DNA from: Candidatus Saccharimonas sp.
GTDB lineage: Bacteria > Patescibacteriota > Saccharimonadia > Saccharimonadales > EFPC-124
NCBI GenBank assembly: GCA_035478375.1
Contig: DATIJQ010000035.1
Span: 21,087 to 45,086, forward strand
Direction of reading: 5' to 3'
DNA length: 24,000 bases
A model generated the notes under the pieces. The model was not told the origin of the DNA. It did no database searches and was given only the letters and a program-made list of their open reading frames with translations. This document shows positions 1 through 6,531 of the stretch, one piece after another; position 1 is the first letter of the stretch; every line of letters begins with the position of its first letter. Made by a program: the position numbers and the translations under genes.

Positions 1-81
1 ATTATGCGACTGCATTAAAAATTCATTTAAAATATCGCCCCAGGCGTTAGGGTCGGCGCCAGGAACTGGTAAGCGCGTCAT
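1..81 (-). CDS. N-terminal 27 codons of an unknown protein; the gene continues beyond the left window edge
   Basis: Minus-strand ATG at 81-79. The translation MTRLPVPGADPNAWGDILNEFLMQSHN stays open to position 1. A weak AAGG lies about 9 nt upstream. It is missing from the ORF track because it is truncated by the window edge. Confidence 0.4.
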   Translation of the reverse strand, partial: MTRLPVPGADPNAWGDILNEFLMQSHN

Positions 82-205
82 GCGGAACCGCCTTTTGGTG
101 TATCAAAAAAATGTGGCGTGTATGCGGCCATTATATTTGTGCGTCTTTTACCCTTCATTCACTCTTTATTTAACCATAAGCAAATGCTGGGTACAATATT
201 TAAGA

Positions 206-231
206 AGCCCACGACGTTTCCGCCGCGGGCT
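206..231 (-). terminator. Possible terminator hairpin downstream of kinase 1
   Basis: agcccacg (206-213) pairs with cgcgggct (224-231) as an 8-bp stem with one mismatch. It lies just after the kinase stop at 248. The U-run on the minus strand is weak (TCTT). Confidence 0.3.
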
Positions 232-247
232 GTTCAGTTGTGGTGTG

Positions 248-1873
248 CTAGCCCTTTTTGAGGGCGAGAATCACATCTGTTGCTGTCGGTCGCATGGCCG
301 GGTCTTTGGTCATGCATTGCCGAATAATTTTTCGCACACGTTTGTCGGGGATTAGCATGTAATCCGGCTCTGCCCTGATGACATCTAGCATTATCTTTTC
401 AGGCCTGCCGGTGAACGGCTGCCGACCGGTCGCCGCAAAGTACATCGTGGCACCAAACGAGAACATGTCCGCCTCAGCCGACGGCTCGCTTTCTCTCAAA
501 AAATACTCCGGCGCCATGTACGCTGGCGTGCCGATGGCGACGCCCGTGGCAGTCAGCGTCACGTCACTGCCAACAATACGTGCGATGCCAAAGTCGGTCA
601 CCATTGCGCCTTCTGGCGGCATGAGGATGTTCGCCGGTTTTATGTCACGGTGCACGATGCCGCTGGCGTGAACGCTTTCGAGCGCCAGAGCGACCTCACG
701 TATGAGGTCGATGGCCTCGTTAGATGGCAGGCCACCAGGGTAATGGTCGCTTACGAGCTTGTTTAGGTCGAGGGCGTTCACAAACTTGGTCGCCAGCCAC
801 GGCTGCGTGGTCCCGCTTTGACTGTGCAGCAGCGGCACAATGTGCGGCGATGCTGGCAGCTTGTGACATGTGGCGATTTCTCGCTCGAATCGCCGTGTGA
901 AGTCGGGCAAGTGGCTCACTTGGGGTGAGATTACCTTGATTGCCACGACGGTCGAGCCCCAGACACCAGCGTAAACTTTGCCAAAACCACCGGCGCCGAT
1001 GACGCCTTTGATGGTGAAGTTCCAGATGCGTTTGGGGTCGGTGGTCGACAGTGCTGTCAGTTGGGCGTGGGGTCGTTCCGACAAAACGCGTGTCGGCTGT
1101 TTGCGCGACACTGGTTTACCTACACCTATTGGCGTTCCGGGCCAAGGGTTGACCGGCGCGTTAAATGCTTGCCGATTACCTGCCGGCGTTCCGGGCCAAG
1201 CTGACGGCTTACCCATTGACGGTTTACGCGGTGGGGGCTGGTCGTGCGTCGGTTCTGGCGGTTCGCTTGGGCTCGCGTGATTAGCTTGTGCTCTGTTGGC
1301 ACGTCGTCGCTTTTGCCTGTCAAGGCCAACGCCCACTGCGACGAAACAAACGACGAGCATGAGACTTCCTACAAGCACGAGCGACTGGTCATTGCTGAGG
1401 CCCGGAATAAACGGTGGGTGCTCTTTTTGGTAAGTATGAATGCGCTCAATGGCATCGACTAAAGCGCCCTTAACTCCGAGCGTAGGATCGGCTAAATCTG
1501 CGTTAAACTTGTCGCTAAATGCAGCGTACGGAATGCCCGACCCACCGCTGTAAGACGTGTTATTCTTAAAGATTACGAAAAGTGCATTGTCCGTGAACTT
1601 CGCTTGGATTTGGCTAGTAAAATTGCTCTGCGCATCGTTGGAACCAGCGGCATCCTTTGGCGGCACTGCGATCAAGATGTGGTCGCCTGGCTGCAAGAGC
1701 GCCTTGAGCTTTGCAACGTCGCCGTCGGACAACAGCTTGTTGTCTGCTGCGACGTAAATTGGCGAGGCGCGCAAACCGGCAATCGTCTCGCTCAAGTCAT
1801 CATCTGCCTGAGCTGGGTGTGGTTGCAACAAAATGGCGATGACCACAAGACCTGCCACAAACCAGCGCTTCAC
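248..1873 (-). CDS. Membrane Ser/Thr protein kinase (Hanks type): signal peptide, extracytoplasmic domain, TM helix, Pro-rich linker, C-terminal kinase domain
   Basis: Kinase motifs read directly: G-loop GAGGFGKV, VAIK, HRDIKPANIL, DFGIA, GTPAYMAPE. The N-terminus MKRWFVAGLVVIAILLQPHPAQA looks like a signal peptide, and a TM helix (LVLVGSLMLVVCFVAVGV) follows a roughly 150-aa exo-domain. The linker has a WPGTP repeat encoded by a 16-nt direct repeat, ggcgttccgggccaag, at 1131-1146 and 1185-1200. GTG start with AAGGAG 7 nt upstream. Confidence 0.9.
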   Translation of the reverse strand: MKRWFVAGLVVIAILLQPHPAQADDDLSETIAGLRASPIYVAADNKLLSDGDVAKLKALLQPGDHILIAVPPKDAAGSNDAQSNFTSQIQAKFTDNALFVIFKNNTSYSGGSGIPYAAFSDKFNADLADPTLGVKGALVDAIERIHTYQKEHPPFIPGLSNDQSLVLVGSLMLVVCFVAVGVGLDRQKRRRANRAQANHASPSEPPEPTHDQPPPRKPSMGKPSAWPGTPAGNRQAFNAPVNPWPGTPIGVGKPVSRKQPTRVLSERPHAQLTALSTTDPKRIWNFTIKGVIGAGGFGKVYAGVWGSTVVAIKVISPQVSHLPDFTRRFEREIATCHKLPASPHIVPLLHSQSGTTQPWLATKFVNALDLNKLVSDHYPGGLPSNEAIDLIREVALALESVHASGIVHRDIKPANILMPPEGAMVTDFGIARIVGSDVTLTATGVAIGTPAYMAPEYFLRESEPSAEADMFSFGATMYFAATGRQPFTGRPEKIMLDVIRAEPDYMLIPDKRVRKIIRQCMTKDPAMRPTATDVILALKKG

Positions 1874-1918
1874 GACGCGGCTCCTTTGTTGGTCTGCGAA
1901 AAGGACCTACCTTGTAAC

Positions 1919-1944
1919 AAAAAGCCTGCCTGCGCAAGCCTTTT
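1919..1944 (-). promoter_or_regulatory. Hairpin plus U-run inside the 5' leader of kinase 1 (possible attenuator)
   Basis: The minus strand reads AAAAGGCTTGC-GCAG-GCAGGCTTTTT followed by GTTACAAGGTAGG. It lies between the predicted promoter (1964-1991) and the RBS. A related element sits in the kinase 2 leader. Confidence 0.35.
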
Positions 1945-1963
1945 AGAACAAGATAATATTTAA

Positions 1964-1991
1964 ATAATACTAATAATTGACAGTTTGTCAA
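1964..1991 (-). promoter_or_regulatory. Sigma70-like promoter for kinase 1
   Basis: The minus strand reads TTGACA, a 16-nt spacer, then TATTAT(TTAA). The same architecture and flanks occur upstream of kinase 2. The -35 element lies in the palindrome ttgacagtttgtcaa. Confidence 0.5.
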
Positions 1992-2003
1992 AGAATTGGA
2001 TTG

Positions 2004-2027
2004 CTGGCGCCGGACAGACGGCGCCAG
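2004..2027 (-). terminator. Hairpin after the 144-aa gene
   Basis: Perfect 8-bp stem, ctggcgcc (2004-2011) with ggcgccag (2020-2027), 6 nt past the stop at 2033. The downstream T content on the minus strand is weak. Confidence 0.45.
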
Positions 2028-2032
2028 GTGTG

Positions 2033-2467
2033 CTAGTCCAATCCCTGTGTGAGCATGGTGATTTGGTTGAGGTTGCCGTACACGTCTTTTTGGTGGAGGG
2101 CGTCGGGATTTAGCAATGCCCTCATACACGGCAGGCGCAAATAAGTCTGCGTGCACCCACTTTGGCCGGCCTGCTGGTCGCGGAGTAAGGCTGAACCTGT
2201 CGCCTCTGCCACGGCGAGGCACATTGCATCGCGGCTATAAACCAGGTGGCAAATGCCGGTGATGCCAATATCGACGAGTACGTGCAAAACATCGCCCGCC
2301 GCCACAAGCCAACTATAAATGTGCTCGTCGTTTTGCGGTGCACCATCTGTTACGTAACCGGGGAATGTGTTCTCCATCATCTCCAAAAACAACGTCTTTT
2401 GCAGCTCGGTTGGTTTGAACGGCGGCTTAGTTTGCGACCGTTTGAATGCTCGATTGTCCCTAGGCAC
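2033..2467 (-). CDS. Hypothetical protein (144 aa)
   Basis: It is the longest ORF in this interval, has a GTG start, and is divergent from the 2586 gene. I recognise no motif. Confidence 0.55.
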   Translation of the reverse strand: MPRDNRAFKRSQTKPPFKPTELQKTLFLEMMENTFPGYVTDGAPQNDEHIYSWLVAAGDVLHVLVDIGITGICHLVYSRDAMCLAVAEATGSALLRDQQAGQSGCTQTYLRLPCMRALLNPDALHQKDVYGNLNQITMLTQGLD

Positions 2468-2585
2468 GTTACCATTTTATGCTATCTGTGACCGCTGTGC
2501 GAAGACAAGTTTGGCGTTAAATGGATGGTCGACATCGGCGCACCCAAAGCCTAGTTTTTTTGGCGCCAGTTGATAGAATTAATGC

Positions 2586-4301
2586 GTGCAGGACTTACGC
2601 ATTATAGATACGCTGGCGCCTTTTGGTGTGCCAAATTCGGCTGGGCCAATTAATTGGTCAAAGGTTGATTTTGCCGCACTCGGACAAAATGGCGAGCTAA
2701 ACGCCGTGACCATTGCGCGCATTTTAGAGCGCAGCAAACTATATTTACAGCGAGCTCGCGCCGCAGGCTACAACGCTGTGAGCGTTGATGATCTCGCCCA
2801 TTTGGCCGTGCACAATTTTTACCCGCCGCCACTTAAACGTCGCCTTGCTACTTACCAAAAAATGTATGCGCAGTTCTTTGCGCTCGCCCATGCCGAAAAC
2901 ATGCGCATTTTTATAACGACCGATTTTTTATTCCACAACGCCGCTATCAGTGCCCATTTGCACCAAACTGGCACTACGGTTGAACGGTTTTTTGAAGCAA
3001 CGCTGCAAAACGTTTTTCGAAGTTTCCCTAAGATTGATGGCATTATACTGCGCATTGGCGAGACAGACGGCCGTGATGTGCACGGCGATTTTGTCAGCCA
3101 ACTACAACTCCGCACTCCAGGCGACGCCAATATATTTCTCAAAACCATTTTGCCGTTTTTTGAACAAACCAACAAAACCTTAATCTTTCGTACTTGGACG
3201 GTGGGCGTGCATAAGATTGGCGACTTAATTTGGAACCGGGCCACATTCAACACGGTTTTTGGTGACATTGCTAGCGCCAACCTGGTTATTAGTATGAAAT
3301 TTGGCGAGACCGATTTTATGCGTTACCTTAAGCTCAACCCGCTGTTTTTTGCGAGCGACCACAAAAAAATTATCGAACTCCAAACCCGCCGCGAATGGGA
3401 GGGCATGGGCCAGCTGCCGAGCTTTGTCGGCTGGGATTACCAGACCTACCGCGACCAATTGGCCGATGCCAAAAATATGATCGGCATTTATGTGTGGTGC
3501 CAGACTGGTGGTTGGTCGTCGCCGACATGGGCAAATGCAACGTTTTTAGATGACGGTTTAAATTTTTGGGATGAACTTAATACTTTTGTGACCGCTCAAT
3601 TATTTAAAGGTATATCTGTCGAGACCGCACTTGCCGACTTTTGCGCTGCCCACGGCATTGTTGATGTGCGTAAGTTTATTGCCTTACTACGGCTTGCCGA
3701 CCAAGTCATCTGCGAAGGTTTGTATATAAAAGAATTTGCCAGTCAGCAATTGTACTTTCGCCGTACGCGCTTGCCAACGTTACTGTGGGTTATGTGGGAC
3801 ACAGTGCGGCCGAGCGACGTTATGGCGACTTTGTTGCGTACGTTTGTCCGCGACAAACAGCAGGCTATGCGCGAAGGCTATACTTCGGCCAAAATCGCCC
3901 AGCATATGGCCGCAATTGGCAACGAACTGCATTTGCCAAAAGAGGTTTTGCGGTCGCTTGCGTTTACTGCCGCGACGTTTACTATTTTTGCCAAAATGCG
4001 CGAGCATGCGTTGGTTGGCTTGGACGCAACCCAGCTTTTGGCTCTACAAAAAGACATTACAGCGTACGAAAAAATCTACCCACACCATTATGTTTTTGCC
4101 GCCGAACCGCTGCGGCAACCTGCCATGATACTGCAAATTTTAATAAGAATCGTTGTCCGCCACCGGTCTGCCTACCGCATTTTGGATAGAGTTTTGCTGG
4201 CGACTTCTCCATTCCAAAAAATTATCGCCCGGCATTATTTTGCGGCAACAAACCCGCAACTCACCCAGCAAGCCATGGGCATTACGGCGATCTTTGAATG
4301 A
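2586..4301 (+). CDS. Conserved-looking cytoplasmic protein (571 aa), possibly a glycoside-hydrolase-like TIM barrel
   Basis: Long clean ORF with no signal peptide. The segment IDGIILRIGETDGRDVHGDF...RTPGDANIFLKTILPFFEQTNKTLIFRTWTVG loosely recalls the catalytic-core pattern of GH67-type alpha-glucuronidases. That comparison is from memory only, so the function is uncertain. Confidence 0.75.
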   Translation: MQDLRIIDTLAPFGVPNSAGPINWSKVDFAALGQNGELNAVTIARILERSKLYLQRARAAGYNAVSVDDLAHLAVHNFYPPPLKRRLATYQKMYAQFFALAHAENMRIFITTDFLFHNAAISAHLHQTGTTVERFFEATLQNVFRSFPKIDGIILRIGETDGRDVHGDFVSQLQLRTPGDANIFLKTILPFFEQTNKTLIFRTWTVGVHKIGDLIWNRATFNTVFGDIASANLVISMKFGETDFMRYLKLNPLFFASDHKKIIELQTRREWEGMGQLPSFVGWDYQTYRDQLADAKNMIGIYVWCQTGGWSSPTWANATFLDDGLNFWDELNTFVTAQLFKGISVETALADFCAAHGIVDVRKFIALLRLADQVICEGLYIKEFASQQLYFRRTRLPTLLWVMWDTVRPSDVMATLLRTFVRDKQQAMREGYTSAKIAQHMAAIGNELHLPKEVLRSLAFTAATFTIFAKMREHALVGLDATQLLALQKDITAYEKIYPHHYVFAAEPLRQPAMILQILIRIVVRHRSAYRILDRVLLATSPFQKIIARHYFAATNPQLTQQAMGITAIFE

Positions 4302-4303
4302 AC

Positions 4304-4334
4304 AAAGTCCATGCGTCAAACGCGCATGGACTTT
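4304..4334. terminator. Bidirectional hairpin between convergent genes
   Basis: Perfect 12-bp stem, aaagtccatgcg (4304-4315) with cgcatggacttt (4323-4334). It sits between the stop at 4301 (+) and the stop at 4351 (-). Confidence 0.55.
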
Positions 4335-4350
4335 GCAAATTACCCTTCTC

Positions 4351-5640
4351 TTAGGCGTTGGCGATGCGGGCGAGTGCTTCGCGAAGTTCGATCGCAGTTG
4401 GCCGGTTGGCCGGTTCCTTGTGCAGGCATTGTGCGACAATATCGCGGATAAACGCCGGCACACGTTGGAGGTCTGGCGTGGCAGTGACGACGTTCATCAA
4501 AATGATTCCATCGCTGCTGCCGACAAATGGTGGCTCACCGGTGGCTCCAAAGCAAATGACGGCACCAAGCGAAAAAACATCGCCCGCCAGCGACAGCTGC
4601 TGCGGATGGTTTATGTGCTCTGGCGCCATGTATGCCGGCGTGCCGACAATCACGTTGGTGCCCGTAATACGTGTGCCATCAGTCTTGCGCGCAATGCCAA
4701 GGTCGATGAGTTTTGGCCCATCAGTCGGCGGCACAAGAATGTTGGACGGCTTAATATCGCGGTGCACAATATTGTGTTCGTGCAGCTGCTTGAGCGCCTC
4801 CACCAAACCGCGGAAAAACGTCAGCAACATGTCGTCTGGCAGGCCGTTGGGGTAACGCTTAGCTACAAAACTTTGGAGGGACAGCGCGTCCACAAAGTCT
4901 ATAGCCATCCACGGTCTTTCGCCGAATTGGCACGTGTCAACCTGCACAAGATACGGCGATGACGGGAGTGAGGCGTGAACTTGCATCTCGCGCCTAAAAC
5001 GGCTCCTTAGCTCCTCGGCAGCTTCGGCATCGTGCGTATTGAGCAGCATTTTGACAGCGAATAACTTACCGTTACGACCCCGAACTAAAAACACAATGCC
5101 CATGCCACCAACACCAAGTCGCGTTACGACTTTGTAGGGACCGATTTTGCGTGGGTCGCCTGGGAGCGTGCCGTGTCGCTCTGCCCTGGGCCAATTTGTT
5201 GTCGCCAAAGCTACCGTGGGCTGCTCGTCGGTTACGATGTGTCTCCGTTTGTAGAGACATCTAATAAGCCACGCTGTGCACGCCAGTAGCGCTGCGACAA
5301 TGACAAGCCTTAGCAAAATTGCCTCGGCGATGTCACGATCGGCCGTTGACGAATCTGGCGCTGGCTGCACCGATGCGGTCGTCGGTGGCGTGGATGTAGT
5401 GCTACTTGGTACGTCGCTCGTTGTTTCGGATGTCGACGATGCGGTTGTTGTGGTTGTCTCTGTCGTTGTGCTGGGTACTGTGTACGTTCCGCCCGGCCAG
5501 GTGTTATAGAAGATGATGCTTTGCCTCGCGGGCAGTGCAGGCTGCACCGGCGCCGACGCCGTGGGGCGTGTCTCCACTAGTAACAGCGTTGGTACTCCAA
5601 GCCCAATGACCAGAAACATTCCAGCCAACCAGCGCTTCAC
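4351..5640 (-). CDS. Membrane Ser/Thr protein kinase 2 (paralog of kinase 1) with a short Thr/Ser-rich exo-segment
   Basis: Kinase motifs: LGVGGMGIV, FAVKML, HRDIKPSNIL, DLGIA, GTPAYMAPE. The N-terminus MKRWLAGMFLVIGLG is an N-terminal hydrophobic signal/anchor segment. It is followed by low-complexity TTTETTTTTASSTSETTSDVPSSTTSTPPTTAS and a second TM helix (IVAALLACTAWLI). GTG start preceded by GGGAGCCGCG. Confidence 0.9.
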   Translation of the reverse strand: MKRWLAGMFLVIGLGVPTLLLVETRPTASAPVQPALPARQSIIFYNTWPGGTYTVPSTTTETTTTTASSTSETTSDVPSSTTSTPPTTASVQPAPDSSTADRDIAEAILLRLVIVAALLACTAWLIRCLYKRRHIVTDEQPTVALATTNWPRAERHGTLPGDPRKIGPYKVVTRLGVGGMGIVFLVRGRNGKLFAVKMLLNTHDAEAAEELRSRFRREMQVHASLPSSPYLVQVDTCQFGERPWMAIDFVDALSLQSFVAKRYPNGLPDDMLLTFFRGLVEALKQLHEHNIVHRDIKPSNILVPPTDGPKLIDLGIARKTDGTRITGTNVIVGTPAYMAPEHINHPQQLSLAGDVFSLGAVICFGATGEPPFVGSSDGIILMNVVTATPDLQRVPAFIRDIVAQCLHKEPANRPTAIELREALARIANA

Positions 5641-5680
5641 CGCGGCTCCCTATATTGAGAGTAATTTGCGTACCTGTCAA

Positions 5681-5703
5681 ACAGCCCGCAGGGAGCAGGC
5701 TGT
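5681..5703 (-). promoter_or_regulatory. Leader hairpin in the 5' UTR of kinase 2
   Basis: The minus strand reads ACAGCCTGC-TCCCT-GCGGGCTGT (9 bp including one G-U pair), followed by TTGACAGGTACG. This parallels the kinase 1 leader, which has TTGTTACAAGGTAGG. Confidence 0.35.
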
Positions 5704-5718
5704 GCAGATATTACTTAA

Positions 5719-5746
5719 ATAATAGTATCTTTTTAAGGTTTGTCAA
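5719..5746 (-). promoter_or_regulatory. Sigma70-like promoter for kinase 2
   Basis: The minus strand reads TTGACA, a 16-nt spacer, then TATTAT(TTAA). The hexamers are identical to those of the kinase 1 promoter. Confidence 0.5.
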
Positions 5747-5762
5747 AATTTTGCCACAGCAA

Positions 5763-5801
5763 AAAGCCCGCCGTCCACAAGATTATGTGGAGGCGGGCTT
5801 T
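5763..5801 (-). terminator. Rho-independent terminator after the SRPBCC-like gene
   Basis: AAAGCCCGCCGTCCACA-agatta-TGTGGAGGCGGGCTTT forms a stem of about 16 bp with one bulge. It is flanked by an A-run and a T-run, so the minus strand reads hairpin then TTTTTGCTG. Confidence 0.65.
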
Positions 5802-5836
5802 GCTAGAGGGTCGGCGTTTTTAGGCACCGATCGTGG

Positions 5837-6445
5837 CTACTTCTTGAGCCCGAGCCTCTCGTTTAAGCCTTGCCGGAACCACTCCATGTAGAGGGCGTCG
5901 ACGGGCTCGAACGGGCGCAGAGCCGACCACGGAATGTGGCAGCCCCAGACGAGTATTGGAGACATGCGGAAACGGGTGTGCAAGCGGGTGCGGTTGTTAC
6001 CGATCTCGTCCAGAGTAAACACCCAGCTCCAGCGGGTTGCCCCACGGGTGCCGGTGAGCACAATGGTCGTATCGGTCGCTTGGTGGACGGTAATCCAGCG
6101 TGGTGTGCCGCCCTCGGCCCAGTCGCGGAACTGCTGACCAGTCTCCATAGTAATGGAGGGGTCGATGGAGCGCAGCCCGCGGGACTTTTGCGGCAACAAG
6201 CGCTCGATGCGCTCTGGCAGATACCAGCCGCCACGCACGAGCATCGTGTCGTCCTGACTTACTCGCCTGCGCGGCCCAATCTGCACGAGCCATTGGCGCA
6301 CGTCGGCGGCCGGCCCATTGAGGGTCATGCCGCGGTCGATGACGCATTCTGGCTGTGGGACGATCGTGTCGCTAGGGAGCGGTCGCCGGCATTCGTTCCG
6401 GGTAGGTTCGACGCTGGCAAACGGGCTCGTCCGCTGTTTTTGCAC
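5837..6445 (-). CDS. SRPBCC (START/polyketide-cyclase-like) family protein, G+C-rich
   Basis: ADVRQWLVQIG...GGWYLPERIERLLP resembles the VWpWLvQmG...aGWYSyd signature of actinobacterial SRPBCC proteins. In this frame nearly all codons end in G/C. The other five frames also carry long spurious ORFs, which is typical of high-GC DNA. GTG start with AAGGA 6 nt upstream. Confidence 0.6.
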   Translation of the reverse strand: MQKQRTSPFASVEPTRNECRRPLPSDTIVPQPECVIDRGMTLNGPAADVRQWLVQIGPRRRVSQDDTMLVRGGWYLPERIERLLPQKSRGLRSIDPSITMETGQQFRDWAEGGTPRWITVHQATDTTIVLTGTRGATRWSWVFTLDEIGNNRTRLHTRFRMSPILVWGCHIPWSALRPFEPVDALYMEWFRQGLNERLGLKK

Positions 6446-6503
6446 TATGTATCCTTACGGTAGTAGGTTCAAGGAGGCGTACAAGTTGTACGTGCTATTA
6501 ATG

Positions 6504-6531
6504 ATTATACAATATAGATACTATTTGTCAA
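6504..6531 (-). promoter_or_regulatory. Near-consensus sigma70 promoter for the SRPBCC-like gene
   Basis: The minus strand reads TTGACA (plus-strand tgtcaa, 6526-6531), a 16-nt spacer, then TATAAT (plus-strand attata, 6504-6509). The promoter is AT-rich, in contrast to the GC-rich gene it precedes. Confidence 0.55.

Noticed and set aside
4153-4962. Long plus-strand ORFs (269 aa and 165 aa) antisense to kinase 2, and similar ones (378-671, 978-1280, 1604-1963) antisense to kinase 1
   Set aside because: They lie entirely within genes that have unambiguous kinase motifs on the other strand. Their translations are low-complexity, Arg/Cys-rich and motif-free.
5863-6463. Four additional overlapping ORFs of 67-197 aa on both strands across the SRPBCC-like gene
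   Set aside because: This is an expected consequence of high G+C, which makes stop codons scarce. Only the 5837-6445 frame shows G/C-ending codon bias and a family-like motif.
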